A DNA stretch of 62,987 nt, filler included, from Octopus bimaculoides (GCF_001194135.2; 7 parts of 6 records of this genome joined end to end with filler, not necessarily neighbours in it); one strand, 5' to 3'. Positions 14,275 through 25,437 are shown, numbered from the whole stretch's first letter. Made by a program: numbers and translations. Notes: generated from the letters alone by a model not told the origin.

Positions 14275-14620
14275 CATCAGTAGTGGTGTGCAAGAGAGAC
14301 GATTGCGTTGGTATGGGCATGTGGCGAGAATGGAGGAGGATAGCTGTGTGAGAAAGTGCCACACCCTAGCAGTTGAGGGAACCTGTGGAAGAGGTAGGCC
14401 CAGGAAGACCTGGGATGAGTTGGTGAAGCACGACCTCCGAACATTGGGCCTCACCGAGGCAATGACCTCTGACCGAGACCTTTGGAAATATGCTGTGCAT
14501 GAGAAGACACGGCAAGCCAAGTGAGACCTAAATCCAAAGCCTCTACCAGGATGCGTTTCTGCCTACATTGGACACTAAACTCCGCTTGCGAAGACCTGTT
14601 GAGGCAAGTGAAATCGAATT
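14275..14620 (+). mobile_element. RTE LINE 3' end
   Basis: QERRLRWYGHVARMEEDSCVRKCHTLAVEGTCGRGRPRKTWDELVKHDL is a canonical RTE C-terminus. Confidence 0.92.
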
Positions 14621-14890
14621 AAATGACATAATTGCAACGTTGTTAGATTATGTAGGATGCCTTAATAGAGAGAGAGGGGGGGATATAGGAAGGTTGGTCT
14701 GTTTTGTTGTGGACCTAAATATTGAGCAGTTATGTGGGACCATGATAGAAAGTAAAATGTTGACCAAAATCATAGTGGTCACCAGTTGACCATTGATGAT
14801 AGGAATGTCTGACAGTAATAAACTATAGATTATTTATAGAGAGAAGGAAATTTTACAGTAAATTATAAAACTTGGAACTATTTATTTCAG

Positions 14891-14962
14891 AGAGTTCAAA
14901 AGTGGAGGAACAAGATCTCCTGAGAGTGGCTAAGAATTTAGGAACTAACTGGTGGCAAGTGG
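14891..14962 (+). CDS. Predicted 72-bp exon (phase 1-1) encoding the N-terminal helices of a death domain, (E)SSKVEEQDLLRVAKNLGTNWWQV(G)
   Basis: TTTATTTCAG acceptor and GTGAGT donor at 14963. DLLRVAKNLG..W..VG matches the death-domain start pattern L..lA..LG.dW..La. Downstream exons are lost at the 15373 join. Confidence 0.75.
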
Positions 14963-15956
14963 GTGAGTATACCTTAGCAACACCCGATTTATTTCCCTTT
15001 TACTCTTTTAGTTGTTTCAGTCATTTGACTGTGGCCATGCTGGAGCACCGCCTTTAGTCGAGCAAATCGACCCCAGGACTTATTCTTTGGAAGCCTAGTA
15101 CTTATTCTATCGGTCTCTTTTTCCGAACCGCTAAGTTACAGGGACGTAAACACACCAGCATCGGTTGTCAAGCGATGGTGGGGGGACAAACACAGACACA
15201 CAAACATATACACACACATACACATATATACGACGGGATTCTTTCAGATTCCGTCTACCAAATCCACTCAGAAGGCTTTAGTTGGAGTGAAGCTACAGTA
15301 GAAGATACTTGCCCAAGGTGCCACGCAATGGGACTGAACCCGGAACCATGTGGTTGGGAAGCAAGCTACTTGNNNNNNNNNNNNNNNNNNNNNNNNNNNN
15401 NNNNNNNNNNNNNNNNTTAATTAATTAANNNNNNNNNNNNNNNNNNNNNNNNNNNNNNNNNNNNNNNNNNNNTCTTCTTCTTCTTCTTCTTCTTCTTCTT
15501 CTTCGCCACCTCCATTATCTACTACCACTGCTGCTTAAACAATCAAAGACAAGAATTCATATCAAACTAACTGCTGCTAATTACCTAGAACCCACAAGAG
15601 TGAAAAAAAGAGACAGAGACAGACTGAAAAAAGGAAAATGTCCCTTGCATTTGAAAACTATGGAAATATTTTTAAAAAAACATTTCATTTAATTTTTCCA
15701 CAATTGTTTTTCATGCTTTACTTTAAGTTCAAAAAGTCGCAAAGACTGAAACCAGTACTAAAATGTTCTTCATGATAAAATTATTTTAGAATTTTCTTCC
15801 TTGTCTTATTTTCCTTATACATATCAACTCGTGTGTTCCTTTTCAACCTTCTACATATATATTTTTTTTTATTTTCATTCTCTTTGAAATTGCTTTTATC
15901 CGTGGTTTGGGTTTTAACTGCCCTTTCTAGCATGTACAGTGTCCTGTCTTTGTATA

Positions 15957-15990
<34 letters not shown>

Positions 15991-16607
15991 ATACATACTC
16001 ATTTGTTTCATTGGTAGTATGTGGGACATAATATATACAGACCAGATTTAGCACTAGAAGGCAGGGGCCAAAAACACCGTTGATATTTAAATCAGTTTAT
16101 TTGCCATTCCTTGCGTAGGTCTCAGTAATGCATTTTAATAAACGCTGCACGAACAATACATCAAGTGCACCTCTCACTGGAGGAATTTAGAAGATACATT
16201 AGAAAACAAATTCACTGATGAAATTTATAAGAAAAAGTAAAAGTGAGAATAAGATGAAGCTTAAAAGATAAAATAAGCGATCAATTAATTTACACTAGTA
16301 ATTGACAGGCATCAAGTTTCGTTTATAACAGTTGATTTTATAACAGTTTTAAGATTGAAATATAAATTAGCATACGTGACTTCACGGAATAAATGCTATC
16401 GTCAGAATTGTTAACATCAGAAATACGATTTGAGATCATCAATAAATAAGTACGTGCAATAGTTGTCAGCATAAATTAGAATTTTATTATAAAAGATAAG
16501 AATAAATACATAAGTAATGAAATTAAGTTTGGACGATGTGACACACAGATGTTCAGGTATTTACACTTATAAATTCCTTTTACACAAAACAAGTAATACA
16601 TAAATCT

Positions 16608-16814
16608 TGGCTTCAAGTTTTTGCACAAGGCCAGCAAATTCAGAGGGGAGTTAAGTCGATTACCTCGACCCCAGTGTTCAACTAGTACTTATTTTATCAA
16701 CCCTGAAAGGATGAGCAGCGAAGTCGACAGAATTAGATCTCAGAACGTAAAGACGGACCAAATATCGCTAAGCACTTTGCCTGGAGTGCCAACGATTCTG
16801 CCAGCTCGCCGCCT
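16608..16814 (-). mobile_element. Short (about 200-230 bp) tRNA-type SINE; other copies at 20140-20350(-), 22571-22802(-), 33968-34135(+), 34206-34420(+), 48412-48622(-), 49190-49390(-, partial), 55830-55960(+), 56104-56280(+)
   Basis: Shared sense sequence AGGCGGCGAGCTGGCAGAA.CGTTAGCAC.CCGGG.GAAATGCTTAGCGG...GAGTTCAAATTCCGCCGAGGTCGACTTTGCCTTTCATCCTTTCGGGGTCGATAAA with a B-box-like GAGTTCAAATTCC. Confidence 0.88.
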
Positions 16815-16967
16815 TAAATTATACATAAATATTAACATCAATAGATTTAGACAGATACATGCATAAACTCAAATACATTCCTTTATATTCCACAGACACA
16901 TGTCCTTCCTTATATTCCACATATTACACACGTCCTTCTGTACTTCAACTGCAATGTATGTATGTAT

Positions 16968-17351
16968 CAGGGACGTGCCGCTTGGGTAGGCAAGGTAGGC
17001 AGTGCCTAGCCTGAATGAAATAGATCGATAGTAACATTTTCTTTTTATGGCAAAATATACACCTAATTCGATAAAATTATGAAAGTTACCCTGACTATTT
17101 TATTTTTTTGTAGATTAGGTAGGCATAATTCGCCCCTGCCTTTCAGTCTCAGTATTAAAACTACGCATAGTAGTGCTGTAGTACACGTTTTGCGTACATT
17201 CCTACAACAACGTTTTCTTTATACGCTATAAAGGCAGAAGTAAATCTGCCTCCAACTCAGTTGAGCACCTGTGTTTCGCTTAATTTTTTTGTTTTACTAC
17301 ATAAACGTCACCAACTGCCTACCCTGAGTAATTACTCACGGCACATGCCTG
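16968..17351. mobile_element. Complete 384-bp hAT MITE
   Basis: TIRs CAGGGACGTGCCG and CGGCACATGCCTG (11/13 match); 8-bp TSD GTATGTAT on both sides (16960-16967, 17352-17359). Confidence 0.88.
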
Positions 17352-17757
17352 GTATGTATGTATGTATTGCTTGTATGAGCGTGTGTATTCGTGTTATGCT
17401 GCTTGCCCGTGGGCGTTTATACATCCATATCGGTTAACGGTTATTTTCAATACTTTTCTCGCTGGATTAAGTGTTCGTTTCCCTTTTTGTCTTCTGCAAC
17501 TTTATTTTTGGATCTTCTTGTATCTTTACTTGTGGGGCTACACAAAACAAACCTCGCACACTGGATGACTTGAAGACACGGATTCATGAGGTTCTCAATG
17601 AAATCCCTTCAGAAGGTTGTTCATTCCAACTCTGACCGTTTGGGGAAACTGGTTGACTCCACCGATCCTCACATTGAAATATGAAGATTTACTTTTATTT
17701 TCCAATGTAATAAAGAACATTTGTTTCAATAAATTTGTAAAAGGAATATAGATTTTA

Positions 17758-17968
17758 CATTATTTACATTATTTACAATTGACGGATATTTTTCCTCGTC
17801 ATGTTTGTTGTTAACACAACGTTTCGGCTGATATACCCTCCAGCCTTCATCAGGTGTCTTGGGGAAGGTATATCAGCCGAAACGGTATGTTAACAACAAA
17901 CAAAATGACAAATATCCGTCAATTGTAAATAATGTACATAATTCCTAATCTCTTAAATACAGAACTGT
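17758..17968. mobile_element. 211-bp hairpin-forming PLE-type mini-element carrying a hammerhead motif
   Basis: 13-bp direct repeat AATATAGATTTTA at 17745-17757 and 17969-17981; inverted arms at about 17762-17838 and 17866-17937. Confidence 0.8.
17814..17857 (-). ncRNA. Minimal type-I hammerhead ribozyme motif
   Basis: Minus strand reads ACAC CUGAUGA A GGCUG-(10 nt)-CAGCC GAAAC GUU GUGU. Helix I is ACAC/GUGU, helix II is 5 bp, and helix III is the palindrome ACGU (dimer type). Confidence 0.8.
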
Positions 17969-18348
17969 AATATAGATTTTATTACCAATTTTTAATGCCT
18001 ACTTACTTTTCACCAGCCCTATAGTACAAACACAAGCGAAGCACAACAGGATCACAACTAAATCACATTCTAAATAACCTACAGTAATATGTTTATATGC
18101 TTCACTAAACTAACTACAACAACATTTCTTAGGCATGACCCTCTGCACTTCTAGCAATCAGAATTACATGACAAACCACTTCTAACTCTCTCCTGACTAT
18201 CTTTGCATCATTATCATAAAATACTTACACATCAATGTACAATATAAAAATACTCTCACAAACTTAAAAAATGCCCTGAGAAACCACTCCCATTAGTAAA
18301 CAGAATTATGTTTCATAGAAATGAACACTATATTAGACACTGTTATAT

Positions 18349-18742
18349 TGTTGTTTTTGTTGTTGGCACTCCGTCGCTTACGACGTCGAGGGTTCCAGTT
18401 GATCCGATCAACGGAACAGCCTGCTCGTGAAATTAACGTGCAAGTGGCTGAGCACTCCACACACACGTGTACCCTTAACGTGGTTCTCGGGGAGATTCAG
18501 CGTGACACAGTGTGACAAGGCTGACCCTTTGAATTAGAGGCACAACAGAAACAGGAAGAAAGAGTGAGAGAAAGTTGTGGTGAAAGAGTACAGCAGGGTT
18601 CGCCACCATCCCCTGCCGGAGCCTCATGGAACTTTAGGTGTTTTCGCTCAATAAACACTCACAACGCCCGGTCTGGGAATCGAAGCCGCGATCCTATGAC
18701 CGCGAGTCCGCTGCCCTAACCACTGGGCCATTGCGCCTCCAC
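18349..18742 (-). mobile_element. Approximately 390-bp tRNA-derived SINE with (CAA)n tail, full length
   Basis: A box TGGCCCAGTGG and a B-box-like sequence (here GGCTTCGATTCCC; GGTTTCGATTCCC in the other copies); 12-bp TSD ACACTGTTATAT (18337-18348, 18743-18754). Confidence 0.93.
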
Positions 18743-20503
18743 ACACTGTTATATATCAACAAAGGATCCCTCTAAAAAAATCGTACTCAACAACGCAATA
18801 TACAAAAATACAGTGTTGATTACACAACTGAAATAACCAACTGATAACATCTGGAAATAAGCTCAGCCATAACATGAATAAACTCAACACCAAAAAACAA
18901 GAAACAAAGAAATAAAAGAGATCAACCATTCTGTTCATAAATCACATCATAAATCGCAAAATAAACAATTAAATACGGTATAGAAAAATAGCAACGTTTC
19001 AGCAGAAACATTACCACAACCCGTATCATAATAATAACAGGAAATAACATACATGCACTCAACAGAAAGCGAACTCGTTTATTAGGCATCTTTCGAAAAC
19101 CATTTCCCCAAGCACTGCACAAAGAAAACAAGCAAAATATAAAATAACTATTTTCCATCATGACTTCTATCTTAACTTCTTCCTTCTGTCAGACGTAAGT
19201 AATGCTCTATGGAAAACACGAAACTTGGAACTTTAGGGTCACAAATATACGTGTAAATTTCGCCGCTTCCTCAGTAGTTTGTACACTGAAGGTAAATTTG
19301 CTAGCTTTGCGTTCCATCCATCCTTTTCCCTCAGGTCCAGGAACCAGATATTCCAGACACTAACCCAGATTTCAAGATCTGGTGAGAACGGAATCCGTAA
19401 CCCTGGGGAAGATGGTGGCCCGTTTCAAGTACTGTCAGCAGGCGACAGCTCAGCCTAGGAATGCATAAGATAAGGTCATCACGTCCTTTTGTTATGACTG
19501 AAGTCATTGTGGCCACGTGCTACATGTGCTGTAAGGAGATCAGTAAGAACCTCTCTCGAGTGGAAGCCAAAGGAATCATTGAACAATTATTCAAACCAGC
19601 ACTGCCAAATTTACAGAAACTAGAATGATTACCATCGATTGCAAAAGTTCCAACTCCATACTCTGCCTCCTACTTATAAACAAAATACTTAACAACATTC
19701 GTGAGACAATACGCAAAATGCTAGCAAACAACCTGTCAAGTTGTCGTGCTTAAGCAGTGTAGAAACTAATATTACTAGGATCAGTAATTTCCCGAACATC
19801 AAGTAATACAACCAGCCACCACTACAAACAACATAAATATACCACATACGCGCGCGCGCACACACACGTTATATGAAAATACTAAAAACTACATACAATA
19901 TCTCTACAACATTCACAGCATACATAGAATACATTGTAAATGAATCAGATCATTACACAAACATATTTCTAAAACTTACACGTACCACATTTGGACACCG
20001 CAAAGATACAGCATTAGTATACAAACAATAGGGAAGTCTCCATTTTCCAGGTTACAAACTACATTAAACTATAGAGAACATGAAACGACGTAATTTGTGT
20101 TATATATATTGCGCTAAAAACACAGATTCTCTTACGATTCTTTTCTACTCTAGGCACAAGGCCCGAAATTTTGGGGGAGGGAGCTAGTCAATTAGATCGA
20201 CCCCAGTACGCAACTGGTACTTAATTTATCGACACCGAAAGGATGAAAAATAAAGTCGAACTCGGCTGAATTTGAACTCAGAACGTAAAGACAGAAGAAA
20301 TACCGCAAAGCGTTACGCCCAGCGTGTTAACGTTTCTGCCAACTCGCCAACATACTACAAAAATATTGGCAGACGAGGAACACAGTTTGTTACTGACACT
20401 TGATCGAAACTTCACAGTCTATATCACTACAAATACAATCACACCAAACACTAATACAATATCCCGGAATATAACTACAACATCATTCTAATATTCTTTC
20501 GCT

Positions 20504-22220
20504 TGTAGTAACGCCGTGTGCATGCGTAGTCTCACGCATGCGTGGAATTGAACAACCAAGCTTTCCCGCTTTGATCGATCTCTTTCTTACTGGCCAGCGA
20601 TTGAGCAAGGACGTGTCTAGCTGTCTCTCCATCTTCCGAACTCACGCTAGACAGCTCACATCAATATACCAACGTCCCAACAACCATGTTCTGACACACC
20701 GAAGACGTCTCAACAAACAAGATTAAAGATGTATATAACTTTCCACCATGAATAAATATTGTTTGTGTTGATAGTCTGGAGTTCAGCGTTCCGTTCAATT
20801 CCTAATTNNNNNNNNNNAGCTACAATAACCACCACACACATACCTATAAAGTGGTGACCCCCCCCCCCGACGTGATTCAAACACGCAGCCCGCTGAGCTA
20901 CAATAACCACCACACACATACCTATAAAGTGGTGACCCCGAGTACGAACAACTGCAGCATGGATTCTGGACTACCAACCTATAACTGGTGACCCCGACTA
21001 CAGAACAAATGCGGCCATGGAGACTGAACTACCAAGCAACGATGACCACCAACGTCACCAACATCTCCAACCATAGTCAACACGACTTACTATGTACACC
21101 AAACTAAACCACCGCGGCAAATCTCTCTCTTCGATTCTGTTAGGTGACTTAGCTTCACCACGATAATAAACAGACAAGAATTACAGCCTGCGATACTTCC
21201 AATTGTGTACTCAAGAACTTGGTATAAAACTCTCACGTGTACTGACTTTCTATCTGCTGTNNNNNNNNNNNNNNNNNNNNNNNNNNNNNNNNNNNNNNNN
21301 NNNNNNNNNNNNNNNNNNNNNNNNNNNNNNNNNNNNNNNNNNNNNNNNNNNNNNNNNNNNNNNNNNNNNNNNNNNNNNNNNNNNNNNNNNNNNNNNNNNN
21401 NNNNNNNNNNNNNNNNNNNNNNNNNNNNNNNNNNNNNNNNNNNNNNNNNNNNNNNNNNNNNNNNNNNNNNNNNNNNNNNNNNNNNNNNNNNNNNNNNNNN
21501 NNNNNNNNNNNNNNNNNNNNNNNNNNNNNNNNNNNNNNNNNNNNNNNNNNNNNNNNNNNNNNNNNNNNNNNNNNNNNNNNNNNNNNNNNNNNNNNNNNNN
21601 NNNNNNNNNNNNNNNNNNNNNNNNNNNNNNNNNNNNNNNNNNNNNNNNNNNNNNNNNNNNNNNNNNNNNNNNNNNNNNNNNNNNNNNNNNNNNNNNNNNN
21701 NNNNNNNNNNNNNNNNNNNNNNNNNNNNNNNNNNNNNNNNNNNNNNNNNNNNNNNNNNNNNNNNNNNNNNNNNNNNNNNNNNNNNNNNNNNNNNNNNNNN
21801 NNNNNNNNNNNNNNNNNNNNNNNNNNNNNNNNNNNNNNNNNNNNNNNNNNNNNNNNNNNNNNNNNNNNNNNNNNNNNNNNNNNNNNNNNNNNNNNNNNNN
21901 NNNNNNNNNNCATGCGTAGTCTCACGCATGCGTGGAATTCAACAACCAAGCTTTCCCGCTTTGATCGATCTCTTTCTTACTGGCCAGCGATTGAGCAAGG
22001 ACGTGTCTAGCTGTCTCTCCATCTTCCGAACTCACGCTAGACAGCTCACATCAATATACCAACGTCCCAACAACCATGTTCTGACACACCGAAGACGTCT
22101 CAACAAACAAGATTAAAGATGTATATAACTTTCCACCATGAATAAATATTGTTTGTGTTGATAGTCTGGAGTTCAGCGTTCCGTTCAATTCCTAATTTAA
22201 TATAGGAAAGTCAGGTGTAC
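20504..22220 (+). mobile_element. Small, probably non-autonomous Gypsy-type (CsRn1-like) LTR element; LTR1 about 20504 to at least 20807, LTR2 from at most 21911 to about 22220
   Basis: About 287-bp direct repeats with one visible mismatch. LTR1 starts TGTAG; a TATA-like GTATATAA, then AATAAA and a GT-rich tract lie inside the repeat; three TGGTGACCCC PBS motifs lie just inside. Gaps hide both inner LTR ends and no TSD was found. Confidence 0.6.
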
Positions 22221-22547
22221 ATCTAATGATGTATAACCCACTTTCCTATACGCTTATTCCAGATAAAAATATTAAAAAAAGGTAAAATGATAGTATCACT
22301 AGCAGTTTTAGGATCCCCTAATGACACTATTCACAAATATATAAATTTAAAATCTGTTTTGATATGCACAGCACCAGTAACAATTGCAGAATAGCAGAAA
22401 CAAAGGCGTAATGGCTACAATCAATTACAACTTCCTCGCCTCTGCTATGAGCAAAACCAGAATATCCAATCCAGATATAGAGAAATAGACCAGACGTTGG
22501 AGAGAATACTTATATCTAAATTTCTACGCAACATCCGATACTATTAA

Positions 22548-23010
22548 CCCCTTAACATTCAGATTATTCTTATTTCTTTATTGCCTACAAGGGGCTAAAC
22601 ATAGAGGGGACAAACAAGGACAGACAAAGGTATTAAGTCGATTACATCGACCTCATTGCGTAACTGGTACTTAATTTATCGACCCCGAAAGGAAGAAAGG
22701 CAAAGTCAACCTCGGCGGAATTTGAACACAGAACATAACGGCAGACGAAATACTGCTAAGCATTTCGCCCGGCGTGCTAACGATTCTGCCAGCTCGCCGC
22801 CTTTAGCATTCAGATTATTCTGTCAAATGTAATGCTCATTTATTCACATTGATAAAAATTAATCACGCATTGCTTTGTAACTTTGCGATTTCAATGTGTT
22901 ATTTTTATAACAATACTGTAGGGTTAGTGTAGGAAGCCAAATCTGGCCAGTTTGATTATAAAACAGGTAGAACGTCTTGGCCAGATATGGGCGGTTTAAA
23001 TGCTAAAGGG
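22548..23010. mobile_element. piggyBac-like MITE interrupted by a short SINE; partial copy at 9315-9422
   Basis: TTAA|CCCCTTAACATT ... AATGCTAAAGGG|TTCA (TTAA in the 9422 copy). The SINE at 22571-22802 is flanked by an approximately 19-bp duplication TTA(A/G)CATTCAGATTATTCT. Confidence 0.75.
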
Positions 23011-25437
23011 TTCATCACTGCATGTCAGCATACGCTGCATGGACTTTCAGCTAGGCAGTGGGGTGATATACATGAACTAATAAATCTGAAGGTCAGACCT
23101 GTTCGTCCAGCTGACCATTTCCTTACAAGCTAACATGATGTTACACAAGACAATATAAAACCATTCTACAATGAAAAAAAATACTTTGGTTATTTCTGTA
23201 AGAAACCTTTCTGTTTTCAATGAAAATGAATTAACGTTATGTACAATACTTATTAATCTTCATTGTCAAACATTGAGTAAAAGAAATAACGCCAACTACT
23301 ATAACATGTTTAATTGAGAAATCTCTACACGATCCTATAAAAGCCAACGTGACAGTCTTTACACGAAAGAATTTGAGAGCCACTACTCTAACAAAAGAAA
23401 GGTCCTTAATCCTCGCGATTCATCTAGGAGACTTCTACAAGAAGCAAATAAAGACCTTTAAAGAGCTTACGCTTGAGCTAGCTAGTGGGTGTTTAGTTGG
23501 TCTCAACTAGTAAGCTACTTCAAGAATCTAATAGTGTTCTCTGTTTGAACCAACAAGAAACTGTAGGTGACCCAACTAGAAAGCATTTCCTCGTGCTAAA
23601 AAGAGAGTCAGTATTTGAACAAAGGAAGCTAATAAGGAACAATCTACCTGAGTCAACCAGTAAATCTCTACGTAAACCTATCTCCTTCAAATCATAATCT
23701 AAACCTTAAAAAGAAAGATTATTTAAACTAACCCGAAATATTCTGCGTTTGAAACAAATTGGAATAGTCATGGCTGGAACGATTGTTTTTATTATGGCTC
23801 TGCTTCGACAGAAGTAACAACTGTATGAACCGTAACAACAACAGTTTATCTAACTAATAATTCTTGTCGCAGTGTTATGTGACTTATTTCTAGGACAATT
23901 TAGTTTTGTAGAGGACATCCTCCCCGAAATATTTATATAAAGTTGTTGAACTTGATACTACAAACTAACGAAGCTTTCGTTAATCTCTCAATGCAACTGC
24001 TGCTTACTGCAGTAAATGCTGCTATACTGTCACCAATTATTAGCAAAAGCCGGCATCAGCCGGCATTGAGAGAGCGGTTTTACTAATGATCACTACGCAA
24101 TGTAGGTTATAGGATGTGAACAGCCAACATTTTGGCAAAGAAACAACTTATTCTAATATTTAAAAGAGAAAGAATATTTCTGATTAAAACACTGATAAAA
24201 AAAATTCAATACATAGAATACTACCAAACCAGCAAAGGAGCTAATGGAAAAGACTAATTTGACAGGATTTTGTACACATGATAGAAATAATTACGACCCC
24301 TTAGGCACCGCTCGACTCTTTGTGGATGGTAAAAAAGATGTTATACATTTCTTAAATTACTCAAATTGGTAACAAATTTAAAATGAATAAGGAAAAAATC
24401 GAAAAATACAAAAAGAAATCCCGTGCATGATGTTCAAAGTAAAGAACATTATTTAAAATTTATTTTACCTTATTTTACTTGTAGACTTCTTCACAACACG
24501 TTAATGGAACACCTTTTATCTTGATATTGAGAAATTATTATTCCATGTATATGTGACTGTAAATGAACTGTAAATGAATGTTTAAATGTTGAAAGGTTTT
24601 CATAGCTTCAGTTATATAAATTAATGTTAAATACCACAGAACAAAGAATACCGTTTCATTTAACATGCATTTTATGGCAAACGAGGAAATCTTTATTACA
24701 TAAAAAGGTAAATTCAAATTAGTAACAGCTGGAAGTAGATAAAACATTATTTTATTTCTTCAATCTGATTGCTTACACACATCGTGTATTCATGCTTAGG
24801 AATGACGCCTAATAGAAGGGAATGCCACTACTAAAGGGGCTATTGTTTTGTCTACTAATTTTCTTTCCTTTAGAAAAGAATTATAAATCAGTTAAGTAAT
24901 TGTAGAAAGGTTATTGACAAGAGCTAGTCACAGATGGCAATGTTGAGTGGATAGGGTTGGGTGCTATTACATCAAGTGCGATTTTGTAAATATCTGCGAC
25001 AGTTGGTACAACCTAAGCAGCAGGAACATTAAATATTTGACGAGTGTTTCGTTACTCTATAATGCTAATCTTTCGTAGTAATATTGGCATATTAAAGATG
25101 GTAGAAAGCCATTCTAATGCAATATTCACTGAAAATTTTCTGAAAATCTTTTAATTGCTTTCTCTGCATGGGTACTAGAAAACAACCACGAGACAATCGT
25201 GATCTTGCTGATGTTACTTAATGCTATACCCGGTCAACCATGTGTGAGTAGACAGACATGTAGTTAAATACATACCAACTGTGACCCACTTGTCTATTTT
25301 TGAAACGTGTTGTTTCTAGGATTAAATTATTTGAGGTAATTTTTTTTTTAAGACAGCTAAGTATGACTTGAAGAAGATTTGTGTGTTATTTTAGCACTCT
25401 TCCTGTAGACAGTCACTCGCTGGTTTGTGATCTAGCC

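Larger units (their letters stand above)
17480..18023 (+). mobile_element. Tc1/mariner transposase C-terminus and 3' end, interrupted by the 17758-17968 insertion
   Basis: Frameshifted LYLWGY...RTLDDLKTRIHEVLNEIP matches the DFFLWGYLK...P.TL..LK..I motif; a TIR-like ACTTACTTTTCACCAGCCCTATA follows the insertion. Confidence 0.7.

Noticed and set aside
13146-14520. Many long ORFs in the track spanning N runs (also at 21, 27, 32, 37, 42, 47 and 59 kb)
   Set aside because: They are open only because N translates as X.
18588-18742. tRNA-like A and B boxes (also at 28588, 43263 and 53747)
   Set aside because: These are SINE heads continuing into a shared 300-bp body with TSDs, not tRNA genes.
19335-19381. 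Exon-like segment (CTTTTCCCTCAG...GTGAGA) and a possible degenerate CCHC knuckle at about 19485-19530
   Set aside because: Isolated, with no partner exons or recognisable domain; the zinc knuckle needs both a stop read-through and a frameshift. It may be gag debris.
20818-21050. CRISPR-like repeat/spacer appearance
   Set aside because: Eukaryotic context, only three units, homologous spacers and no cas genes; better explained as tandem primer-binding sites.
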